Source: Nitrospinota bacterium
GTDB lineage: Bacteria > Nitrospinota_A > UBA7883 > JACRLM01
Assembly (NCBI GenBank): GCA_016208975.1
Contig: JACQXA010000004.1
Location: forward strand, 681,015 to 745,014
DNA length: 64,000 nucleotides
Reading direction: 5' to 3'
The first letter of the stretch is position 1. Each line of letters starts with the position of its first letter. The notes under the pieces were generated by a model, which was given only the letters and a program-made list of their open reading frames with translations, was not told the origin of the DNA and did not search any database. The position numbers and the translations under genes were made by a program. Positions 1-9,151 of the stretch are shown here, piece after piece.

Positions 1-1
1 G

Positions 2-709
<708 letters not shown>

Positions 710-742
710 CTGGCGCGCTCACCGGCTTTCCATTTAATTTAC

Positions 743-783
743 GCCGCGGCGGTCCGGACATACCCGGCCGCCGCGGCTTTTTT
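743..783 (+). terminator. Rho-independent terminator after amt
   Basis: GC-rich inverted repeat gccgcggcggtccgg / ccggccgccgcggc followed by tttttt. Confidence 0.6.
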
Positions 784-853
784 GCCCCGCCAGCGCCACA
801 CGTAGCCATGCTAGAATCCCCCATCGTTAAAATACTCTCCACTTTTTAGAACA

Positions 854-1426
854 ATGGAAGAATATATTTTCACTGCGCCCGGTTCGGGGCAAAGCATTAT
901 CGTAAAAACCCTGGAGGGGTTGTTTCGCCCTTTCACCGGCTCCGTGGCGGAGGCTTTCTACCAAAAAAGCGGGCTGGTGTTTGAGACTATGCAGTCCCTG
1001 GCCACAACCGATTCCAGGGATTCCGCGGAACTGAACCCTGAAACCATGTTAAAAGAGCTGGAAATACTTATTGGGCTTTTGGAGGGGGACGAGTCCATGA
1101 CTCCGCCCCATTACGGGTTCCTGCCACCTTCCGGTGACGGGGCGGGATGGCTGGATTACGCTCGCGTCACACTGAAGGGTAAACCAGCGGAACTTCGCGG
1201 CGGGTTTGATAAAGCCCTTCTCACCGTTACCGTATGGCCCAACGCGCACAGGAACTATGACCTGCGGGAACTTTTAAACATAGTCTTCGACGATGGCGTA
1301 TACGCCGTTATGCGTAAACCTTCCTTAACCGTTTGGCGGGATGAATTAGGCGCGCTGACAGGATTTTTGGCCGGAGCGGTGGAGCGTAATGAGACGGTTA
1401 CGTTCTCTATATCCAAAACGGGATAA
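854..1426 (+). CDS. Hypothetical protein (190 aa)
   Basis: Intact ORF in intergenic space between amt and lptD with coding-like codon usage; no recognisable motif; no clear Shine-Dalgarno. Confidence 0.45.
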   Translation: MEEYIFTAPGSGQSIIVKTLEGLFRPFTGSVAEAFYQKSGLVFETMQSLATTDSRDSAELNPETMLKELEILIGLLEGDESMTPPHYGFLPPSGDGAGWLDYARVTLKGKPAELRGGFDKALLTVTVWPNAHRNYDLRELLNIVFDDGVYAVMRKPSLTVWRDELGALTGFLAGAVERNETVTFSISKTG

Positions 1427-1434
1427 GGCCGGGG

Positions 1435-3663
1435 TCAGAGCTTTTTCCTGGCGTAGGCTGGTTGTTCGCCGCCCAGGATGTCCCCGATACCCAGAAGAGT
1501 TATGGTAAACATTATCCTCCTTTCGTCCTCGGTGTAGGAAGAGCCGTCGGCGGCGGTCTTGGTAAGCTGGCGCTGGTCCAGGTTGATGGCCAGCCCCCAG
1601 CAATCTTCCCGGAACCGGGCGCGCACAAGGCTGTTGGTGGTCTTGGCGTTGGCCTCGTCGTACACCCAGGAGAAATCCAGCGACAGATTCCATGGAAGTT
1701 TTACCTCCAGATAAGCGGTGTCCCAGGTGGAGTCCTGCCCATCCTTGCCGCCCCATTTGTAAATCCTGTCAAGAGCGATATTGGCCACGTCCCAAAGCTT
1801 CAATCCAGCTTCAAGCGTGGAAGTTTCCCAGAACTTGTCATAATGGTTGTAGGTTGTGCTGTAATTGAAAAGAAGCCAATCCGCCGGGCGTGAGCGGAAC
1901 TCCAGCTGTAATGGGGCCAGCGGCCTTTTTTCGGTTTCCGGGCTTTCCGTCCTGTTGCTTTCGATAATGTCGAACGGCTGGGTGGCCACGAACCGGGCCA
2001 GGCTTACAGTTCTGCTGGATTCAGGCGATAAAACATCTTTTGCCAAAAGGTCGTTGGCTATTTGCAGGGCTACCGCGTTTGTGGGCGGGGCGCTGTCCAC
2101 AGTGTCTATCACATACACATTCTGCCGGTTTTCGCCGTCCATCTCATAACCGGGGATATAGTTCCACACCAGCTTCGGTGTGATGACGTGCTTTAATGCC
2201 GGGCGTTCGGGGGTTCCCGTTTCGAATATCCTGAAAAACTTCGGGCCGGTGACGGTGAAGGACGTCTGGTAATACTGGCGGGTGAAGCTTTCGTCCACCG
2301 GGTTTCCGGATGTGTCCTGCCCCCGGGAATACCATGTGGCCCGATACCATGCCGCCGCCTCCAGTGACAAAAACGGCGATATGGAAATCGGCATGCTTAT
2401 GGACGGGTAGAAATCGGCCCTCTCCACGTCAAAGGTGGTCCTGTATTCATCCAGCCCGTTCTCCGTGCGAAACCCGGTGTAGCTGGATTCCAGCGACCAG
2501 TATAACGGCGTCCCCTTTATGCTTTCTTTCTGGTTTATCAACCGCAACTCCGGGGTTTTTCTCAAGGTCTGGGCGTTGGAAGGGTCTAACGCTATCTGCT
2601 CCCTGGCCATGAGCGTCACCGTGCGGGTGGGCCATGACCTGGAGAATGTCACGTAACTGTCGTTATAGTTTCTGGAGCGGTCGGTGAGACTTTCGGAATA
2701 CTGCCTGCTTATGCTCTCCTCGCTCTCCTTGTTTATATGGAACACGTTCCTGATATTCCAGGGAAGGTTGTGGCGGTGGTCAAAAAGGACTCTCCACAGG
2801 TTCCTGTCGGTGGGCTGGTCCGGATCCGTCTCCTGAATGTATTCCCCGTTGAACTGCCCGGAAAAATCCCTGAAGATGTACCTGTATTCCGCCCCGTACT
2901 TGTTCCCCGCCTCACCCAGGTAATGATGGGTCAAAGTGGCGTCCATGTTGTCGGCGATGGCCCAGAAGAATTTGTTCTCCACCTGGAAACCCAGATTGTC
3001 CGAATAAGCCGGAGCGGGCATTAAAAATCCCGTCGCGCGCTTGTTTTTCACCGGAACCGGCAAGTAGGGCAAATAAAATACAGGGACACCGGCGGCATGG
3101 AACACCGGGTTGGTCAAATGGGCGTATCCGTCCACGGTGACATCCGCGTAGCTGGACTCTATCTCCCACTGTGGATCCTCACATTTGCAGGTTGTAAGCC
3201 CCGCTTCCCTGGCCACGTACCTGTCTTCCTCCACGCGCTGTATCTTCGCCCCGCGCAGGTTGTAGAGGTTGTCGAACTTTCCGCTGGCGCGATAGAGCGT
3301 GCCAAGCCCTGTTATGGTGTTAAAATCCGCCCGCTCCGCCTCCAGCCGGCTTTTCGGGTCCTGATACACCGCGGAGCCTTCCACCCTGCCGTCGCCGGTG
3401 TCCGGATTGTAAAAAATCACGTCACCGCTCAAGGTCTTGTCGCCATAAGACACCTGGGCGTTATCGTAGGCGGCCGTCTCGCCGGATTGGCTGTCTTTGT
3501 AAATCTGACCCGCGGTTATGGAGACAGGCGGCGCCGAAGGCGCGGACGCGGCTGGCGCCCCGGCGGGCGGCGCCGGTTGGGCGTATGCAATTCCGGCTAC
3601 GGATATGGCCAGCATGGCCGCTATTTGGCCGAAGCGGATTAATTTGAGAATAGTACTGTTCAC
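1435..3663 (-). CDS. lptD: LPS-assembly outer membrane protein LptD
   Basis: ~750 aa; signal peptide (ILKLIRFGQIAAMLAISVAGIAYA), LptD-like segment KRATGFLMPAPAYSDNLGF...AEYRYIF, beta-barrel-like C-terminus. Start set at in-frame GTG 3663; ATG at 3615 or ORF start 3714 are alternatives. Confidence 0.8.
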   Translation of the reverse strand: MNSTILKLIRFGQIAAMLAISVAGIAYAQPAPPAGAPAASAPSAPPVSITAGQIYKDSQSGETAAYDNAQVSYGDKTLSGDVIFYNPDTGDGRVEGSAVYQDPKSRLEAERADFNTITGLGTLYRASGKFDNLYNLRGAKIQRVEEDRYVAREAGLTTCKCEDPQWEIESSYADVTVDGYAHLTNPVFHAAGVPVFYLPYLPVPVKNKRATGFLMPAPAYSDNLGFQVENKFFWAIADNMDATLTHHYLGEAGNKYGAEYRYIFRDFSGQFNGEYIQETDPDQPTDRNLWRVLFDHRHNLPWNIRNVFHINKESEESISRQYSESLTDRSRNYNDSYVTFSRSWPTRTVTLMAREQIALDPSNAQTLRKTPELRLINQKESIKGTPLYWSLESSYTGFRTENGLDEYRTTFDVERADFYPSISMPISISPFLSLEAAAWYRATWYSRGQDTSGNPVDESFTRQYYQTSFTVTGPKFFRIFETGTPERPALKHVITPKLVWNYIPGYEMDGENRQNVYVIDTVDSAPPTNAVALQIANDLLAKDVLSPESSRTVSLARFVATQPFDIIESNRTESPETEKRPLAPLQLEFRSRPADWLLFNYSTTYNHYDKFWETSTLEAGLKLWDVANIALDRIYKWGGKDGQDSTWDTAYLEVKLPWNLSLDFSWVYDEANAKTTNSLVRARFREDCWGLAINLDQRQLTKTAADGSSYTEDERRIMFTITLLGIGDILGGEQPAYARKKL

Positions 3664-3878
3664 GCCCAAAGAATATAAAAAGCCGGGCGGCTTGGGGCGG
3701 CCCGAGAAAACCAATGAGAACCCTTACACGCTGGGGCCGATTCTATAGGCCCGGCGCCATTAAGTCAACGGCGCGGGAATCCTCATCCCGCGCGGGATCC
3801 ACCACCTGAAACTTTGCGGCCTTGCCCGCATGACGGCCCTGTGATAAGAATTTTGGTAAACAACCACGGTTTTTTCAA

Positions 3879-4844
3879 ATGGCCACCTCCGGTAATAGCG
3901 GCGACAAAAAACCATTCGAAGTCCCGCCACCCAGTATAACCTTCGCGGGAATTATCGAATCCGCCCCGGATTTCGTTATCGCCTACATCCTGCTGGTGTT
4001 CTGGATTACCCCCATGGCGGTGTCGCCTCATCTGTCGCCTGTCCGGGTGGAGGCCATAATCACGCTGGAGTTTTTCGCCATCCTCTCCGGCTGGTTCATG
4101 AGTTTCGCATTCATGCTTTTCAATTCTCCGGTTCTTCGATATATCGTCACCGGAATGCTGGCTTACGTTTTTGTTATCGGATTCGGCTCGGATTTCGCGC
4201 GGTTGAGCGGCGAGGCGTGGCCCATCCTTTCATTGCTTGGGCTGATGATAAACAGGGCCACCGCCGCCCTGGCCACAAGGGAGGAGGCCCGGGGAGCGTT
4301 CCTGTTCGCCTGGTCGATCCTTCATTTTTTAATGATGATGGGCGCGTTCATGATACAGGCGCCGTTTCCAATCCCCGATTTGGGGCTGACACCGGAGGCG
4401 GTGAAGGAAATGGCGCTGGTAAATCCGCCGCTGACGGCCCATGCGGCCGAGAGCATGGCCCATCCGGATAAATACATGGCATGGACGTTCTTATATTTCG
4501 CCATATCCGGCGCCGTAACCCTGTTTTACCTTGGCGGATTGAAGGAGCGAGTAGAGACTCACATGGGCGATCCCGCCAGGAACGTCTCCACGGACGGGGA
4601 AAAGCTGTGGACTTTCGGCCAGCAACTGGCGGCGGTGGTGATATTGACGATAGCCTTGATCTGGATGTTCGATCCGTTAAGCCAGCCTCGAAAAGCATCC
4701 AGGTCCGAAGAGGCTCCATGGCGCGCAGAGGAAGCCTTAAAGCTTCATCAAGACAACCTGGAAAGGATCGGGAAGGAATCCGCCACACGTGAACGACGCG
4801 CCTTGGAAAAAGCCCAACGCAATAGACAGAGACTTGGTTATTAA
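3879..4844 (+). CDS. Hypothetical polytopic membrane protein with charged C-terminal tail
   Basis: Multiple hydrophobic helices in translation; no family recognised. Confidence 0.55.
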   Translation: MATSGNSGDKKPFEVPPPSITFAGIIESAPDFVIAYILLVFWITPMAVSPHLSPVRVEAIITLEFFAILSGWFMSFAFMLFNSPVLRYIVTGMLAYVFVIGFGSDFARLSGEAWPILSLLGLMINRATAALATREEARGAFLFAWSILHFLMMMGAFMIQAPFPIPDLGLTPEAVKEMALVNPPLTAHAAESMAHPDKYMAWTFLYFAISGAVTLFYLGGLKERVETHMGDPARNVSTDGEKLWTFGQQLAAVVILTIALIWMFDPLSQPRKASRSEEAPWRAEEALKLHQDNLERIGKESATRERRALEKAQRNRQRLGY

Positions 4845-4849
4845 AAACC

Positions 4850-4999
4850 GGCAGTGTCCCGGTTTGATAACATGGGATAGATTCTTCGCTTGCGCTCAGA
4901 GTGACAACATAAAAAACCTTTGATACATTCTTATCCTGAACATAGCGTAAGCGAAGTGGATGTCTGTCCATTAATCGGGATTAAAACCGGGACACTACC
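4850..4999. repeat. MITE-like palindromic repeat, divergent copy A
   Basis: Terminal inverted repeats ggcagtgtcccggttt ... aaaccgggacactacc; internal cttcgcttgcgctcag / agcgtaagcgaag arms shared with copies at 38536 and 56918. Confidence 0.5.
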
Positions 5000-5013
5000 C
5001 TAAAATCGTTCTG

Positions 5014-5041
5014 TTGACAAAACCAGGTGTCATGATAAAGT
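5014..5041 (+). promoter_or_regulatory. Candidate sigma70-type promoter for tRNA-fMet
   Basis: TTGACA (5014-5019), 16 bp spacer, TAAAGT (5036-5041), ~15 nt before tRNA 5' end. Confidence 0.35.
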
Positions 5042-5055
5042 AGTTAATTCGCTGG

Positions 5056-5132
<77 letters not shown>

Positions 5133-5481
5133 AAAATCCAACCTCATCTTTTGAAACTCCCTAAAAGCTTTTCTAGGCCTCCCTTCCTCCATTTATCATC
5201 TCTTGTCTTGAACAACTCGCGAAGCTAAATATACTTGGCGCATTTTTCATTTCGCCGCCCTGTTTATGGAGGCAGTCTAAATCCGCGCCAATAAATTTTT
5301 TATCTGCCATCCGTTGTGGTTTGAACAATTACATGCACAGTCCGCATGGCGCAGAATACGCTGTATTTCTTTGTTTATTTAGACATTACCTTCCGTTGCT
5401 GATAGGAGCGCAAATCCATTTCCACACTGGAGGGTTGTCGCGTTTTTACTGCATCTAAACAGGCAGTAAATATACATCTTA

Positions 5482-5495
5482 TTGACCAAAGTCAT
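5482..5495 (+). promoter_or_regulatory. Candidate FNR/CRP-family (Dnr/NnrR-like) box upstream of the nitrite reductase module
   Basis: TTGAC-caaa-GTCAT, a 9/10 match to TTGAY-N4-RTCAA, ~185 bp upstream of the ncgA-like start. Confidence 0.25.
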
Positions 5496-5680
5496 AGTTT
5501 GGATTCTCGTGACGGTGTTAATCTCGGGCCCTCGCGGCTGGTTTTAGTTGTACAAAAGCGTGAATCCCCAATCGGCATTTAAAAAGGCATTAGCGCTCAC
5601 GCCGAAGTTTAAGGGGACGGCCGCGGTGATTCGGGCTGTTTTTCGCCGTGTTTGTCAATTCAAGAACAGGAGCATTTTCG

Positions 5681-6718
5681 ATGAGAAATTTTCGCTTTGC
5701 GGCGGTATTGATCGCTCTTCTCACGGTAGCCTTGGTTCCCGGCGCAAGCCGCGCCGAGAAACGCGCCTTTGACATGACCATAGAGGATACGAAAATAACC
5801 CTGGTGGAACAGCAGGGGTTCCACACCTTTGCGTTCAATGGACAGGTGCCCGGCCCGCTTTTCCATCTGAAGGAGGGGGACGATGTGTCCGTGAACGTGC
5901 ACAACCTCACAGCCCTTCCGCACACCATCCATTGGCACGGCTTGATCATGAAGAACAACTGGAAGAACGACGGCGTGCCGGGAGTGTCCCAGAACGCCAT
6001 CGAGCCGGGTAAATCCTTCACGTACAAGTTCGTGGCGGAGCCGTCCGGCACCATGTGGTATCACTGCCACGTCAACGTTAACGAGCATGTGGTGATGCGC
6101 GGCATGTGGGGCCCCTTCATCATAGATCCCAAGAAGCCCACCGAGTTGGAGAAGAAAGTCACCAAGGATTACATCCTGATGCTTTCCGACTGGGATTCCA
6201 AATACGCCTTCAAGCCCGGCTATGGCGGCGTGCCGGGGGATGTATACGATTACTTCACCATCAACGGCCGGTCATTCCCCGACACTCAGCCCATCCGCGT
6301 TAAAAAAGGGGATGTCGTAAGGATACGCCTAGTGGGCGCCGGGGAATTCATACACGCAATCCATCCTCATGGACATACATTCAAGGTGGCTTTCAAGGAT
6401 GGCAGGCCGTTGCCCGCGCCATATGAGGCCGACACCCTGATTGTAGGCCCCGGGGAGCGCTACGACATCATAATGGAAGCGAACAATCCCGGCCTCTTCC
6501 CTGTGCACGATCACGTGGATTCCCACACCCTCAACGGCGCAAAACCGATGGGCGGGCTCATGACAGTCATCGAGTATGAGGGAGTATCGGCCAGCGCCGA
6601 CCCGGTCTATGCCTGGAAAGACAAGATCTTCACGCCGGACTTCTATTATGAGGAGTCGCTGAAAAAAGGGCATGGCATGTTCGGCAATTCCTCGATGAAA
6701 GGCCAGGCCATCCAGTGA
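5681..6718 (+). CDS. ncgA: Two-domain multicopper oxidase (NcgA-like), secreted
   Basis: Signal peptide MRNFRFAAVLIALLTVALVPGASRA; copper motifs HWHG, HCHVNVNEHVVM (type-1 site in domain 1), HPHGH, HDH; SD aggag 8 nt before ATG. Confidence 0.85.
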   Translation: MRNFRFAAVLIALLTVALVPGASRAEKRAFDMTIEDTKITLVEQQGFHTFAFNGQVPGPLFHLKEGDDVSVNVHNLTALPHTIHWHGLIMKNNWKNDGVPGVSQNAIEPGKSFTYKFVAEPSGTMWYHCHVNVNEHVVMRGMWGPFIIDPKKPTELEKKVTKDYILMLSDWDSKYAFKPGYGGVPGDVYDYFTINGRSFPDTQPIRVKKGDVVRIRLVGAGEFIHAIHPHGHTFKVAFKDGRPLPAPYEADTLIVGPGERYDIIMEANNPGLFPVHDHVDSHTLNGAKPMGGLMTVIEYEGVSASADPVYAWKDKIFTPDFYYEESLKKGHGMFGNSSMKGQAIQ

Positions 6719-6729
6719 AAACAGGGGGA

Positions 6730-7422
6730 ATGATGGGATTCGCCAAAGTGGCGGCGATCGCCGCTACCACTGTCCTGCTAGGCGGTGTCGCCCATGCGGA
6801 AAGCGGCGAAGATATCCTCAAGAAGGACTGCTCGGGCTGTCACGCCCTTTCAAAGCCCGCCAGCTTCACAGTGGAGAGGGTCGTCAACCGAAAAGGGCCG
6901 GACCTTTATTACGCAGGGGACAAGTTCAACAAGCCGTGGCTTGTTAAATGGCTCCAGAATCCCGGGCGGATTCGCCCGGCCGGAGAATTCTATTTCAATC
7001 ATGTGAAGGCCACGTCCGAAGTGGACACCGTGGATGAAAAGTCCATTCCGTCTCATCCCGGCATGGGGAATGCGGAGGCCGTGGCCGTGGCGGACGCGCT
7101 TTCCGCTCTTTCGGAGCCCGGGCTTGTTGAAAAGGGGGGCTTCCTCAACGAAGAAGTCAACATGACCCTGGCCGGAATGTTTTTCGGAAAGCTTAGGGGC
7201 TGTTCGGCCTGCCACATGGGCAAGCCCGGCGCCGGAGGCAAATCGGGCCCCGAGTTATACACCGCCGCCGACCGGCTTAAGCCGGATTACATATTGGCTT
7301 ACATAAAGGACCCGCAGAAAATTGACCGCTATGTATGGATGCCAAAGCAGGAAATGAGCCCGGCGGACACGCAGAAGCTGGCGGGCTACATTCTCAGGCT
7401 TTCCGCCGGGGAGGCGAAATGA
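6730..7422 (+). CDS. ncgB: Diheme c-type cytochrome (NcgB-like)
   Basis: Signal peptide plus two CxxCH motifs (CSGCH, CSACH); starts 12 nt after the oxidase stop. Confidence 0.8.
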   Translation: MMGFAKVAAIAATTVLLGGVAHAESGEDILKKDCSGCHALSKPASFTVERVVNRKGPDLYYAGDKFNKPWLVKWLQNPGRIRPAGEFYFNHVKATSEVDTVDEKSIPSHPGMGNAEAVAVADALSALSEPGLVEKGGFLNEEVNMTLAGMFFGKLRGCSACHMGKPGAGGKSGPELYTAADRLKPDYILAYIKDPQKIDRYVWMPKQEMSPADTQKLAGYILRLSAGEAK

Positions 7423-7805
7423 CGCAGGGCAGAAAAGGGGTTTGGGGGATGTCCTGCGTAGCGGCTGTGTTCACCGCGGCCCTTGTGGCTCTGGCCTGGC
7501 CGGCTTCCGCGGCGACCAAGAGCGAAACGCTGTACAACGTCTATTGCGTCCAATGCCACGGGGTGACGCGCAACGGCAAAGGGATAAACAGCCCCGCCAT
7601 GGCTATCCAGCCGAGGGATCACACCGACGCCAAGGGAATGAGCGATATCCCTGACAGTCAACTGTTCAAGGCTATCAAGGAAGGAGGGATGGCGGTGAAT
7701 AAATCGTCACTCATGCCCGCATGGGGAGACGTGATGACAGACGAGGAAGTGAATGGGCTTGTCGCGTATCTGCGGCAGGTATGCAAATGTGGACCAACTA
7801 AATAA
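7419..7805 (+). CDS. ncgC: Monoheme c-type cytochrome (NcgC-like)
   Basis: One CxxCH (CVQCH), signal peptide; ATG overlaps upstream stop (ATGA at 7419-7422). Confidence 0.75.
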   Translation: MTQGRKGVWGMSCVAAVFTAALVALAWPASAATKSETLYNVYCVQCHGVTRNGKGINSPAMAIQPRDHTDAKGMSDIPDSQLFKAIKEGGMAVNKSSLMPAWGDVMTDEEVNGLVAYLRQVCKCGPTK

Positions 7806-7818
7806 GGGGAGTATTTTA

Positions 7819-8760
7819 ATGTCTTCGACCAAGTATCTAGGGGTTTTTCTGGGAGGGTTGATTGCGGCCTCCGTGGCGCTTTTCGCGCCGCAGGCTCAGG
7901 CCAAGGTGGTGAAAGTTACCTTCCACGCCACAGAAGTGGACTTGCCTATTGACAACAAGGGCACGCTGTACAAAACATGGACCTTCGACGGAAAGGTTCC
8001 AGGCCCGGTCGTCCGCGTGACCGAGGGGGACACTGTGGAGTTCACCCTGGTCAACGACAAGGCTAACAAGGTGTCCCACTCCATGGATTTCCACGCCGCC
8101 CGCACTAACGTGGTGACTGATTTCGCCTCCATAAAGCCCGGCGAATCCAAAAGCTACACTTTCACCGCTGATTACCCCGGCGTATTCTTCTATCATTGCG
8201 GATCCGACCCGATGATCCAGCATGTGGCCCGCGGCATGTTCGGCGTGATCATCGTCGATCCCAAGGACGCCAAGGCGTTGCCCAAGGCCGACAGGGAGTA
8301 TGTGCTGGTACAGTCGGAACTGTACAACAACCCCGAGGACGTGAACACCATGATGCAGGGAAAGTGGAACAACGTGGTGTTCAACGGCGGCATATTTAAG
8401 TACGACCCCGTGCATGACCCCAACGCCACCAGGTTCCTGGCCGCCAAGCCCGGCGAAAGGGTTCGCATATATTTTGTTAACGCCGGTCCCAACGAGTTCT
8501 CCGCGTTCCACCCCATCGCCGGAATATGGGACAAGGTGTACGCCGGCGGCAACCCCAAAAACGTATCCACCGGCATGCAGACTTTCGTTGTCGGGCCGGG
8601 GGACGGCGCGATCTTCGACCTGATATCTCCGGTTGAGGGCGGCAACGCCATAGTCACCCACTCGCTTAAATCGGCTCTTACCGGCTCAATAGCGGTGGTG
8701 CTGTTTTCTAAGGACGCCGACCCGAAGGCCGGCAAGGGTGAGCAGATTTTGGTCCGCTAG
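7819..8760 (+). CDS. nirK: Copper-containing nitrite reductase NirK-like protein
   Basis: Signal peptide; HSMDFHAA and YHC-x7-H-x4-M (FFYHCGSDPMIQHVARGMFG) matching NirK type-1/type-2 copper ligand blocks; SD aggggag before ATG. Confidence 0.8.
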   Translation: MSSTKYLGVFLGGLIAASVALFAPQAQAKVVKVTFHATEVDLPIDNKGTLYKTWTFDGKVPGPVVRVTEGDTVEFTLVNDKANKVSHSMDFHAARTNVVTDFASIKPGESKSYTFTADYPGVFFYHCGSDPMIQHVARGMFGVIIVDPKDAKALPKADREYVLVQSELYNNPEDVNTMMQGKWNNVVFNGGIFKYDPVHDPNATRFLAAKPGERVRIYFVNAGPNEFSAFHPIAGIWDKVYAGGNPKNVSTGMQTFVVGPGDGAIFDLISPVEGGNAIVTHSLKSALTGSIAVVLFSKDADPKAGKGEQILVR

Positions 8761-8774
8761 CAATTCCCCGTTGT

Positions 8775-8818
8775 GGCGCGGCTCCGGCTTTAACAGGAGC
8801 CGCGCCGCTCATTTATTC
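8775..8818 (+). terminator. Rho-independent terminator after nirK
   Basis: 11 bp perfect stem ggcgcggctcc / ggagccgcgcc followed by a T-rich tract. Confidence 0.55.
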
Positions 8819-8882
8819 GATATCTCTTTAGTGAGATAAACTTGGCGTTATGTACGGAATCAAAATGTCGGAGGATTTGAGT

Positions 8883-9146
8883 ATGGCAAGCCAAACCGTA
8901 ATGCGTGTTGTAATGATCGCTATGGCCGCCACCATGGTTGTTACCCACTTCGGGTCTCGCGCCCAGGCCGATGATGGTCACAAACACGCCGGAGCCACGG
9001 CCGTGGCAAAGAAAAAATATTATTGCACGATGGATCCGCAGGTCGTCTCGGACAAGCCGGGTAACTGCCCTGTTTGCGGCATGTATCTTGTGGAGATGAA
9101 AGAACCGGGGGCGCAAGAGGATAAAAAAAAAGTCCGGCCGCAGTAA
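8883..9146 (+). CDS. Exported heavy-metal-binding-domain protein; probably the N-terminal part of a frameshifted cusB
   Basis: Signal peptide then YYCTMDPQV...CPVCGM motif; stops 5 nt before the adaptor ORF just after an A9 run. Confidence 0.6.
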   Translation: MASQTVMRVVMIAMAATMVVTHFGSRAQADDGHKHAGATAVAKKKYYCTMDPQVVSDKPGNCPVCGMYLVEMKEPGAQEDKKKVRPQ

Positions 9147-9151
9147 GCTCC

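Noticed and set aside
7837-8661. 274 aa ORF on the minus strand inside nirK
   Set aside because: Antisense shadow ORF typical of high-GC DNA; fully contained in a gene with clear copper-ligand motifs on the plus strand.
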